A stretch of 63,953 nt of DNA, counting the filler, from Chrysochromulina tobinii (lineage: Eukaryota): NCBI GenBank assembly GCA_001275005.1. It is 6 parts of 6 records of this genome, joined end to end, with 100 filler letters (N's around TTAATTAATTAA, not from the genome) between each part and the next. Parts side by side here need not be neighbours in the genome. Positions count along the whole stretch, not along the records: positions 1 to 19,666 come from JWZX01001346.1; positions 19,767 to 29,767 come from JWZX01001347.1; 4 more parts are not named here. One strand, written 5' to 3'. Positions 11,207 to 21,188 of the stretch are shown piece after piece; within the stretch, counting starts at the first letter, position 1; every line of letters begins with the position of its first letter. Made by a program: the position numbers and the translations under genes. The notes beneath the pieces were generated by a model, which made no database searches, was not told where the DNA came from, and worked only from the letters and a program-made list of their open reading frames with translations.

Positions 11207-12652
11207 ATGCTCTGGCTCTGGCCGCTTGTGCTGGGGCTTGACTTCGACCAGTCGTACAAGCACCTCAAACTCGACAGCTGTTTTGAGAAACCTTCGTGCG
11301 AAACTCAGCAGGCAGCGCACGCGGTGGTGCGCCGCGCCCACGCGTTGATCGAGTCCAAGGCAGGCCCATGGCGGTCAGGCCCAGGAACACCGCGGCGGCA
11401 GAATTGGAGCGCATTCCCTGCGCACATGACCGGTGTAAAAGGGGATTGGGAACTGACGGCGGCGCAAAGGCACTCGCTTCAAGAGGTCCAGAACACAATT
11501 GCAGAGCTTCCGCCTGTCGTCGAACGTGCGATGCTCTGGCTTGTGGTCGTATCCGTCAGCGCGACTCCTCAAGGCGCCCACGAAGATGCCGAAGACATTA
11601 TCACGACGCTCCTGCAGTCGGGTGGCTGTGAGCTGCACGTCCATCACTTCGATGCCACCAGCGAGAGCGACCCGGCCTACCAAAGCTACATGCAGCTGGA
11701 GTGGTACAGACGCGCTCGACCGCGCTTCCGACGCGTCTTCTTCCGAATAGAAAATGGCTGCAAGTCCGAACAATGGCGCGAGTCAATGCGCCTGCTGCTC
11801 TCCACATCAAGCGCTTCGCGATACACTCACGTTTGGTTCCTGGACAGTGACCTAAGGTTTGGCCTCTTCGACATGCCGGCTTTCCGGGCTTTGATTGCGC
11901 ACACAGCTCCAGTCCTTGCACAACCTGGCATTGTGAGTCACAAGCACGGCGCGAGAGCCACAGACTACTGGTCTCTCAGAGCCGGATTGCACAGCAATGT
12001 GCTCGGTCGGCGGCGGCTCATCGGACTCGAAAATGATTTGAAAATGAGCCCAGTTGAGGTACAAGCGCCCCTGCTTGATATGCGCATGGTACCGGCGTTC
12101 TACAAGAGCACGATGCATTACGATACCCGAATCGACACGCCACAACAGCGTGCTCTCAACCGCGTGGCGTGGAAGCTTGCCCAGCTGTTACACCCGCTGC
12201 CCAGAGCCAGACCGCAGTGCAACGTGACATCCGCCAAAACGTCCGCCGCACCTTCTGCTGTGGCTTCATGGGCATCCCAAACCGCCTCACTTCAGATCGC
12301 CCAACTCGACCAGGCTGCCAAACGGCCTGCTGGTCTCGTCTATGACTGGACGCCTCTGATCCACCGGTGGCGAGGAAGGCTGCCGCCAAAGCGAGGAAGG
12401 CGCGGACCCCCTCACGGACCCCCGGCGATACCGGCGACACGAAAACTGACACATAACATCGGCTCGCAAGAGCACGATTTTCGACAAATCTCACAGTGCG
12501 TGCGGGGTAATGGCGTCACGAGTGATCAGAGGGCTCGAACGGTTCTTGTCGAGGATGCCCAGCACCGTTTGATGACCAACAGCACGGATCTTTTTGCGCG
12601 TGGTGAGATCGACGTCAGCTGCCAATGGGATTGGTTTCAGCTGACATTATGA
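11207..12652 (+). CDS. DUF707-like putative glycosyltransferase with N-terminal signal peptide
   Basis: MLWLWPLVLG is signal-like. YTHVWFLDSDL (DxD), LAQPGI and VEVQAPLL resemble the DUF707 motifs YIFLWDEDL, ISQP and VEIMAPVF. Confidence 0.55.
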   Translation: MLWLWPLVLGLDFDQSYKHLKLDSCFEKPSCETQQAAHAVVRRAHALIESKAGPWRSGPGTPRRQNWSAFPAHMTGVKGDWELTAAQRHSLQEVQNTIAELPPVVERAMLWLVVVSVSATPQGAHEDAEDIITTLLQSGGCELHVHHFDATSESDPAYQSYMQLEWYRRARPRFRRVFFRIENGCKSEQWRESMRLLLSTSSASRYTHVWFLDSDLRFGLFDMPAFRALIAHTAPVLAQPGIVSHKHGARATDYWSLRAGLHSNVLGRRRLIGLENDLKMSPVEVQAPLLDMRMVPAFYKSTMHYDTRIDTPQQRALNRVAWKLAQLLHPLPRARPQCNVTSAKTSAAPSAVASWASQTASLQIAQLDQAAKRPAGLVYDWTPLIHRWRGRLPPKRGRRGPPHGPPAIPATRKLTHNIGSQEHDFRQISQCVRGNGVTSDQRARTVLVEDAQHRLMTNSTDLFARGEIDVSCQWDWFQLTL

Positions 12653-13208
12653 GCCTATCCTTCGTTCTGCTACTGTCCAATACGACGTCCTGAGTGGGAC
12701 GGTCAGTACCGTCTGGATGTCAGCAAGGCGGTTGATGGGGTTGGTTGGGGGTATTTGACTCTTTGGAGCTTGACCGTGTGCGGGGGCTTGACCTTGGGCG
12801 CCGAAGTCGGCTCTCCATCAATTGCTCTCCATGCTTTCGCGCGTGACGGCAAAAGGCGGCCGCTTCACGATTCCGGGTGGGAATCCTGGTGCCCGCCTTT
12901 TCCGTTCACACCTTCGCCCCCGGCGATGAGAGCTTCACATGGCTTCACCGTTGAGCGGTTGCGGCTCATCTGCCCGCGTGTGCTCGTAGCAGCGCCCCAC
13001 TCGTTTCGATCCATACACTCTTGGAGCTCGGGGCTCAGTAGGAATTACTTATCATTAGGGCTTCAGCCGAGAATTCCTACACGATAGTTGGTAAACTGTT
13101 GCATGCAAGGAGCGAATCTGTCCAGCGTTGGAACCAACGGAAAATGTTTGTTGATGAGGACGTCGAAAGAAATCGTCGCACGCTCAGACTCACACGACAG
13201 GAGGCTGA

Positions 13209-14723
13209 ATGAGTCAAGATCCAGAGATACTTCGGGTTACACAAGGCATTCCCCAGCCGCCGTGCGCAGATTGGGGCAAGGAGCACTCGCACGCGTCGCG
13301 CCGATGCATCTGGCACTGCATCTTGCAGAGCGACTATCACTCGCTCATGCGGCAGAGCCCGGATGTGATGCTCTCAGTCTTGCAAGCACACCTCGTGAGC
13401 AAGAAGCAGGTGAATGAGCATCCGCTGTGGCCGCGAGGTGCAAACACAGTGCAGCAGCTCATGCGTCAGCACACTCGCGACAAGTTGGACTTCATCATTC
13501 TGATCATGGCCATCGCCCATAGCAAGGACGAGCGATGCGGAAGGCTCCTCTCATCGCCCTCATCGTCGACCGTCGAGCAGCGCACCCCGCCGTCTCCACC
13601 GGCATCGGAAGGGCTGACGTGCGGGCCGACGAGCGCCTTCGACGTGCGTAGCCTGCCTTACCGTTGGCTCCCCGGCTTGCCGTACCCGCGCACGACGCTC
13701 AAAGAGGGCCAAACGGCCGGCCGACGCCGCTTCGAGGTGATGCACATCGCAGACTACTGGCCCGGGCCCATGTGGCTGTACCACGCGCCGGGCTCGGGGG
13801 TGTGGTGGGACCCGGGCCCGCGGGTGATTGTGGCGCGAAATCTCGTCGATGCGGTGCTCAAGTTCAAGACGATGAAAGAGATCATCTCTCATCTCAATTG
13901 GGTGGAGCGTGGCGACCGGCGCGTCGAGCGCTTCCGCGCGTGGGTCAACTGGCGAGTCGCGTACGGCCGGACGCCGTGGGAGACGGTGCTCGAAGGTGCG
14001 GCGGCGGGCAATACCAGCTACACGCCGTTCGCATCCGCCGGCGCTCTTCTGGGCATGCTTCTCACAGAGGCCCCTCCCACGACGGTGGATTCCATCATTC
14101 TCAGAGAGCAGAGCCACTTTTGGCCGCGGGGCTCGGGTTGGCCCACGGGCGATCAGTGGTTCGCGTCGTCGATGGTCTCGGCATGCAACTCGGACGGCAC
14201 GAGCGGTACGGCGCGGGCGGACGGTCGGCCGTGGGGTCGCGAGTACCACATCCCCGAGATGGTCGATCTCCGAGCTTCGAGATCCAACAAGCGAGGCGAG
14301 CTCGCGAGCACGGCACCGCCTGCAAGAGCCTCGCGGCGTGCTCGGCGGACCAGCGCTTCTGATTGCGAGTCTGATGAACCTCGTTGCTCGTTCTGATTCA
14401 CGCTCTGATGGCCTCCTTCATCAGGTAAGCACGGCACCGCCTGGCGAGCCTCGCGCGACATTCCACAGAGCCTATTCCTCTCGCTCACAGCAGATGAGGC
14501 GGGCACACGCCCGTGCGCGCGCAGCTTCTGGAACGGGCTCTGCACGAGCTGCTCGAACCGGACTGAGCGGCTGTGCCAGTGCAGCCTCTCCAAGCTCACG
14601 CCGAGTGGCCATCCGAAGCCGGGGCCGAGTGCCCGATGGATCTCGCTCTCGGGGATCACTCGGCCGGACTTTGACGCGGCGCTGGCGCGTCGTTGCTGCC
14701 TCGCGCAATTGGAGGGGTTGTGA
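13209..14723 (+). CDS. Hypothetical protein, probably with an intron at ~14296-14490 and a Cys-rich last exon
   Basis: 395-aa ORF with protein-like composition (MWLYHAPGSGVWWDPG). The downstream exon ADEAGTRPCARSFWNGLCTSC...LEGL* follows CACAG at 14490. Confidence 0.5.
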
Positions 14724-14990
14724 GAGCTTGTCCTGATCCTGTGTGATTTGTTTGCCGCCCGCGCCGCATCTTCGCCGCGGAATCCAAAAGTTTATGCGAG
14801 CGCAAAGTTTGATCTCACGCGTATTCTGAGCGGGCAGTAACAGTGCCGTAGCACCGGTTGTCGCGACTGTCGTGTTAACGTTCACACACGTGTCGCGTCT
14901 GTCGTGTTAACGTTCACGCGGCACGGGGAACTCTCCATTCGCGACGCTCGCTACGGCATTTGGTCTTCCTGTCGGCGCTGCAGAAACTTA

Positions 14991-15911
14991 ATGCCCGCCG
15001 CAAATCCGCCGACCGTCGATGCACTCCTGGCGGGAGGCATCGGTGGCGCCTGTCTCTGCCTCGTGGGCGCTCCTTTTGATGTCGTCAAGGTGCGACAGCA
15101 GCACCACCCCTCGTCATCCGCACTCGAGGTCGTTCGCTCGATTGTGCGAGTCGAAGGCATCCGAGGCCTGTGGCGAGGAGTGACGGCACCACTCTTGGTG
15201 GCGGTGCCCCAGTTTGCCGTCGTCTTTGGCGCGTATGCGATGGCGCGTAGCCTCGTGCAGAGGATCTCCTCCAAACCGCAGGAAAATGCTCGAGATACGG
15301 CTGTCGCGGGAGCGCTTGTTGCGCTGCCTACCTCATTCATCTATACCCCAGTGGACCGGGTGAAGCTGGCCATGCAGGTGGATGGGCACAGAGTCGCCTC
15401 GGGACAGGTGGCGCGCTATTCTTGTGTGCGCGAGTGCATCTACGAGCTATGGCGTGCCGGCGGCATCGCCAGCTTCTCGAGAGGCTTCACAGCCACGCTG
15501 GCGCGCGATGTACCTGCGTGGGCGACTTACTTCGCGGTCTATGCTACCCTCAAGCAGACGCTCTCTCCATCGACCGGGGTGCTCGATGGCCGTGCGAAGC
15601 TCTCCCCGGCCGCGAGCCTCGTCGCCGGCGGCGCCGCCGGTGCGGCCTCATGGGCCGTTTGCTTTCCAATCGATGTGGTCAAGACGCGGTTCCAGTCGGA
15701 TCTGACGTACCGCACCTACCGGTGCACCATACGGGCCGTGCTGCGCAGCTCCGGGATCGGCGGCCTGTTTGCTGGCTACTGGACGATCGTGCTCGGCGGC
15801 GTGCCGCGCGATGCCGCATGCCTTACCGGCACCGAAGCCGCGCAGCGAGCGCTGACCTTGCGTCGCCAGTCAATTTCGCTAAGTCTGGACCCGACCTACG
15901 ACGCTAGCTAG
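14991..15911 (+). CDS. Mitochondrial carrier (SLC25), carnitine/acylcarnitine- or amino-acid-carrier-like
   Basis: Three Px[DE]xx[KR] signatures (PFDVVKVR, PVDRVKLA, PIDVVKTR), plus GLWRG and RDVPA motifs. Confidence 0.93.
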   Translation: MPAANPPTVDALLAGGIGGACLCLVGAPFDVVKVRQQHHPSSSALEVVRSIVRVEGIRGLWRGVTAPLLVAVPQFAVVFGAYAMARSLVQRISSKPQENARDTAVAGALVALPTSFIYTPVDRVKLAMQVDGHRVASGQVARYSCVRECIYELWRAGGIASFSRGFTATLARDVPAWATYFAVYATLKQTLSPSTGVLDGRAKLSPAASLVAGGAAGAASWAVCFPIDVVKTRFQSDLTYRTYRCTIRAVLRSSGIGGLFAGYWTIVLGGVPRDAACLTGTEAAQRALTLRRQSISLSLDPTYDAS

Positions 15912-15922
15912 TAGCTTTAGTA

Positions 15923-16761
15923 TTAAATTTTTAGCGGTTCCGTTAGTAGGCTAGTATGCCCCTGATCCACAAAGTCAGCTCCCCAGATCATCATCTCCCT
16001 CACGGAGGCCTCGCCGCGCAGCCTGAGAAAGTCGCTGGGCTTGCCGTAGGCCTTGCGCATCCGCTCGTCGCGCATGGGGGAGATGCGCGTCACGGGCAGG
16101 CTTCGGAAGTCCCCGGGCAGCAAGTATGAAGGCTGTTTCATCCACGGTAGTACCTGTAGCACACACGGTGCACACATCGTATTGAAAAGAGTGCACGGGC
16201 GCAGTGCAGAGTGCGGGCACTGTGTGAGTCTGGGGGTGGTACGCTTGGTAACGAGCCGTCGACGCACTGCGTTGCGCGGAACGTGGCGGTCATCTGACGA
16301 TCGAGGAAGAATGGAACATGCACAGAGGCCATGCAGCTCGAGATGAGGTCGCCCCGGTCCTTGAAGTCTGAAACGGCGACCTCTTGGGTCCATGGTTTCG
16401 TCAGCGATGTATCCTTAAGCAGCGAGACCTCGCGCACTAGCACGCTGACGCGACCACGGCAACGGTCCGCTGCGTCCGCTGGTAGGAGCTCGTCGAGCCA
16501 GCGATGTATGATCGGCCCCCAGATGCCGTACAAGCCCCAGGGGCCGCGATCAAAGACGCCAGCCTCGTTGCTCAGCATGACCGCCAAGTCGAGAGCTTCT
16601 TCCATGTCCGTGCCGCACGCGGCAAGTGTCGCGGCTAGTGCTCCCGCACTCGCGCCCACCATTGGTGTGGAGGCCAGATCAAGCCTTCGGCTCAGTCCAG
16701 TGATGGCACCGGCTTGCCACCAGAAGAAGAGCCCACCACCAGGGAACGCCAAGCCTCGCAT
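15923..16761 (-). CDS. Patatin-like phospholipase, intron 16242-16154
   Basis: Oxyanion FPGGG, nucleophile GASAG, SVHVPFF and DGS motifs. A GT...CTACAG intron joins DGSLPS to VLPWMKQ. Confidence 0.85.
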
Positions 16762-17439
16762 AAAAAGGCGCTCACTTCTCTTTTCAAGTGTGAACGTCTG
16801 GAGCTGTGAACAATCGCTCCAGATTTTGACGACCTAGCCATTGTACGGTTCGTCGGTTCCACTTCCTGCGCGGCTGTACGCGTGTGGTCGGTCTGGACGG
16901 GGGACCTGGGGGTGCGTATCGTTTTACGTTTATGCAGAAACGTACTTAAAACGTACCTGTGTTTGCGTGACGGGGTGCCTGCTACACGCGACGCACCCGC
17001 TGCGTATTCTCACCCAGCGCTCGCGTGAACACACGCCTACCTGCGTTGTAACGCATCCTGTGGTGCGTAAACCCGCACGTGGTGCGTACATGCTCAATCA
17101 TGCATTTCTGCACCGGCCACACTTTCCCCACACTGCGCACGTCTTTGCGTCCATGTGCGCCTAGCGCGGCGTGGAGCGTGCGATGCGTACATACGCACCC
17201 ACCTGCGTGTATGCACCCCGCGACGCTGATACTACTCGCCGGGAACCGACCGAACGTCATGCTCTCTGAAACTAAAAAGCGAGCGGTACGGTAGCGGGTA
17301 CGGGGTAGCGGTACGGGGGATTGCTCTGCAGGGCGGGGCGGAGGGATCGCGGTCCCAGCCCTGGGGCGGCGGGAGGCATTGCGGCCGCGCCCCGCGCCCC
17401 GCAGCTCACCGACTTCACCTCGTTCAATAATTGTTCATC

Positions 17440-19666
17440 TCAGATACGCAGCTTTAACCCAGCCTTTCCTTGCATTGCCTTCCGAATCAAAGCCTCCCCT
17501 TCCTCGCCAATGCAAGGGTTGCACTTGAGGTTGCACTCGGTCAATGCGCCATTGACGCACAGAGCGTCGGCAATCGCCGTGATGCCCTCTGCAGCGTAGG
17601 TGCCGCGGTAGGCGTTCACTTCGCAGAGTGAGTTATTGGAGAGGTCCAGGCTCGTCAGCGCGCCTGTGACGGCCACCATGGCGGCCACAGACTTTGCTCC
17701 CACTGGACCGATGCGGGTCTCTACCATGCTCAGCGACGCGAGCTTGGTCTCCTTGTTGCTCAGGATGGCCTCGCAGACTGCGCTTACGCCCTCATCCTTG
17801 AGCTCGTTGAAGGACAAATCCAGGGCCGTCAGCCCGCCGTTGACGCCAAGCATCTTGGCCACATGCTTGGCACCTGCTGCCCCTCCGATGTTGCTGTTAC
17901 TAAGGAAGCCTCCACTCAGATCGAGCTCCTTGAGCGTCTTGTTCTGTTCCAGTGCCTCGCAGATGGCTTTGGTGCCCTCCTCCCCCAAGTTGTTCCTGGC
18001 GAGCGACAGCTTCGTCAGCACGCCTGTGACGGCCACCATGGCGGCCACAGACTTTGCTCCCACTGGACCGATGCGGTTCATGACCATTTTGAACGACGCG
18101 AGCTCAATCTCCTTGTTGCTCAGGATGGCCTCGCAGACTGCGCTTACGCCCTCATCATTGAGGTCGCTGGACGACAAATCCAGGGCCGTCAGCCCGCCTG
18201 TGACAACAGCCTGTGACAGGTCCGACGCCAGTAGGATCGCATCGGCCGGCTCGAGGTACTTGTTGCGGAAGTCAGCGGTGGTCTGGTCGCGCCGGATGCC
18301 GCAGAGCGAGATACCCTTCTGCTTGGCGACCTCAGCGAGCATCTTGGCGGACTCCGCATCAAGCTGATTGCCCAGGAGGTTGGTCACCGTCAGCGCGCCA
18401 TTGACGCACATGGCGTCGGCAATCGCTGTGATGCCCTCTGCAGTGTAAGTTCCTCTTCCACGAGAATCGAGGCCGCACAGCTGGTTGGAGCTGAGGTTGA
18501 GGCTCGTCAGCCCGCCGTTGACGCCTAGAGCGGCGACGAGCTCCTTGATGCCCGTCATGTCTTTGCCGTAGTGAGTGAGATTATTTCCGGACAGGTTGAT
18601 GCTCGTCAGCCCGCCTGTGACAACAGCCTGTGACAGGTCTGACCCCAGCAGGATCGCATCAGGCGGCTCGAGTCCCGTGCGGGAGAAGTGAGCAGTGGTC
18701 TGGTCGCGCTGGATGCCGCAGAGCGAGATACCCTTCTGCTTGGCAACCTCAGCGAGCATCTTGGCGGACTCCGCATCAAGCTGATTGCCCAGGAGGTTGG
18801 TCACCGTCAGCGCGCCAGTGATGCTCGTGCGGAGCGCCTCGGCGATCAGCTTGACACCAGCAGGGCCGATGTTCTCAAAGGAAGCGTCCAATGACATGAT
18901 CTTGCTGTCCTTATTGCCGCAGATGGCGGCAAAGATGGCTCCCCAACCCTCGTCCCTGAGCTTGTTGCCCCTGAGCTTGACAGACGTCAATGCGCCGTTG
19001 ACGCGCAGAGCGTCGGCAATCGCTGTGATGCCCTCTGCAGTATAATATCCTTGGCAAGATTCATTGACGCCGCACAGCTGGTTGCCTGAGAGGTCCAGCT
19101 GCAAAACAAATCAAAGCAAGGCAAGGGTTAGAACAGAAAGAGGCTACTCTAGGGAGGTCAGAAAGTGAGCACCTGTGTCAAGGCGCCATTGACTCGCAGG
19201 GCGTCGGCAATTGCCGTGATGCCCTCTGCGGTGTAGGTGCCATGTTGGTCTCCTTCCCAGTCAGTCCAGATGCCGCACAGCTGGTTTCTGGAGAGGTCGA
19301 TGCTCGTCAGCCCGCCCATGACAGGCACGAGGTACGCAAGAAGCATGCCACCTTCGACGCCGATATTTCTCTCTTGCAGGTCGAGCTCAGAGACGGAGTC
19401 GTCGCGAATCATCTGCACCGGTATGCCGCGAATCTCGCCAGAGCCGGCGCAGGCGACAGCTGCAAGCAGTAGCTCGAGCGGCGGCTCGCCTTCTCCCTCG
19501 ATGCAGCTGAGGAGAGCGGTTTCGGCAGGGCCTCCAAGGAACGGCCTCTCGTCCTCGTCCTCGTCCTCGTCATCATCACTCTCGTCCAGATCCACCCCGC
19601 GGACCGCGGTCACATTCACCTCGAAGCCCTCCCAGCGCAGTCGGGCCAGGCTGGGCAGCATCCTCC
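17440..19666 (-). CDS. RNI/NLRC3-like leucine-rich repeat protein (5' truncated at contig end; intron 19172-19099)
   Basis: Repeats such as LTSLDLSxNxL and GITAIADALRVNGALT. A phase-0 intron CAG|GTGCTC...TTTGCAG|CTG joins ORFs 19158..19661 and 17440..19104. Confidence 0.9.
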
Positions 19667-19766
19667 NNNNNNNNNNNNNNNNNNNNNNNNNNNNNNNNNN
19701 NNNNNNNNNNTTAATTAATTAANNNNNNNNNNNNNNNNNNNNNNNNNNNNNNNNNNNNNNNNNNNN
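19667..19766. other. Artificial contig-joining spacer (N44-TTAATTAATTAA-N44)
   Basis: N runs flank TTAATTAATTAA (stops in all six frames); the same 100-bp structure occurs 5 times. Confidence 0.99.
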
Positions 19767-20197
19767 GGCGCGCGGTGGTCCCGGATCCGCGGATGTCGAT
19801 GTGCACGGCACCGTACCTGTACACGAACAACGACCAAGGTCCAAGCGTGAAGGTGAATAATAACGCCCTCGCGGGGCGGTGACCGGCTGACCGGCGGCGC
19901 TCCCGGACGCAGCGGACGGGCCCGGGGTCGCCACGATCCGCGCCCACGGTATTAATCGATTACCGCAAAAGCGTGTTATAAAGCGCACCACTCGTTGACT
20001 AATGGTGCCCAACGTGCAGATATAAATGATACTTGAGAGACGGAGCCGGGAGTCCGCGGACGAGGACGGGGCATCACGGGATCGGGGGGACGCCCAGCAC
20101 GCGGCGCACTCAGAGACCCCACGACCGGACCGTTCCCTTACCCTACCCCGTTACAGAGACCGCCCACGACCGCCCCCCTTCCCGATCTTGCATCGCC

Positions 20198-20995
20198 TCA
20201 GGGGCAGCGCACAAGCTCGAAGAGTTCACACGCCTCGCGCTTCATGACCTCAAGAGAGTGTGCTGGAAGCGGCCGCGCGTCCTCCTCCAAAGCAACCAGC
20301 AACCAGCCAGCGGCTCGGGCCACCGCAGCAAACTCTTGTGCGCGCCCCAGGCGATCAGTCATCGCGAGGAAGACGCGTGGTGGGGACTTATGGGCTACAC
20401 ACAAAGCGTTGATCGTCGAGAGGAACGGCTCGAAGAGGACCGGCCAAAAGATGCAATCCGCGCCAATAACCATGTCCCACGCGGTGGTGGCGATCTTATG
20501 TGGTAACGACACTGTCCAATCGAGTGAGGTGACTGTCACATGCGGCGTGGCGGCATTCAGCTTCACAAGTTGCTGAAGCCTGGGCAAGTTCTCATCGAGG
20601 TCAGTCAAACACACGTGTGCAGCACCAGCCAACCACGCTGCAAAGCCTGCAAGACCGCAACCGGCACCGAGCTCGAGAATAGCCTTGCCAGCGAGTGGTG
20701 GCGCATGATGCGAGTGAAGCCACTCACCAAGTCGCTGCGAGCATGGCCACACCTTGTATGCAGTCATCGCAGGCATGAAAGCGGTATTGAGCCCGGCCGG
20801 TTGGGGAGTCAGTGCTGCTACGGTGAGCGTCGATGAGCCAGTCATGGCGAAACACGTTGGTGGTGCAAGCGTTGGTGGGAGCACGCTAATACCCAGTGCA
20901 CGCTGATGCTCGAATGCCGCAGCACCAGGCGGATATTCAGGTGGTGGAACAAACACTGTGCGATTCCCGAACCTGAAGCATCCCTGCATTGACAC
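20198..20995 (-). CDS. METTL21-like (family 16) protein-lysine methyltransferase
   Basis: Motifs KVWPCS..LGEWL, ILELGAGCGLAG, CLTD, LDW and DMVIGADCIF. Confidence 0.88.
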   Translation of the reverse strand: MSMQGCFRFGNRTVFVPPPEYPPGAAAFEHQRALGISVLPPTLAPPTCFAMTGSSTLTVAALTPQPAGLNTAFMPAMTAYKVWPCSQRLGEWLHSHHAPPLAGKAILELGAGCGLAGFAAWLAGAAHVCLTDLDENLPRLQQLVKLNAATPHVTVTSLDWTVSLPHKIATTAWDMVIGADCIFWPVLFEPFLSTINALCVAHKSPPRVFLAMTDRLGRAQEFAAVARAAGWLLVALEEDARPLPAHSLEVMKREACELFELVRCP

Positions 20996-21188
20996 GAATT
21001 TGTGTGGTGTGAAAGCGGTTCGTGTGTGGTGTGAAAGCGGTTCGGAATCCCTGGTGGACTTCCGGCTGGCGATTCCTGCGTGAACACCACAAAATTCCGC
21101 TAACCAAAGTGCATTTTTGCGCTTTTGCTTGGTGGTCGGCTTGCCGAACGTTTCGTCAAAATGAAATCGCCAAGTCGCGTCGACACAA

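Noticed and set aside
16840..17320. ACGT/GTAC-rich degenerate intergenic stretch (similar at 24230-24660)
   Set aside because: No consistent unit, terminal repeats or RNA structure that I can support.
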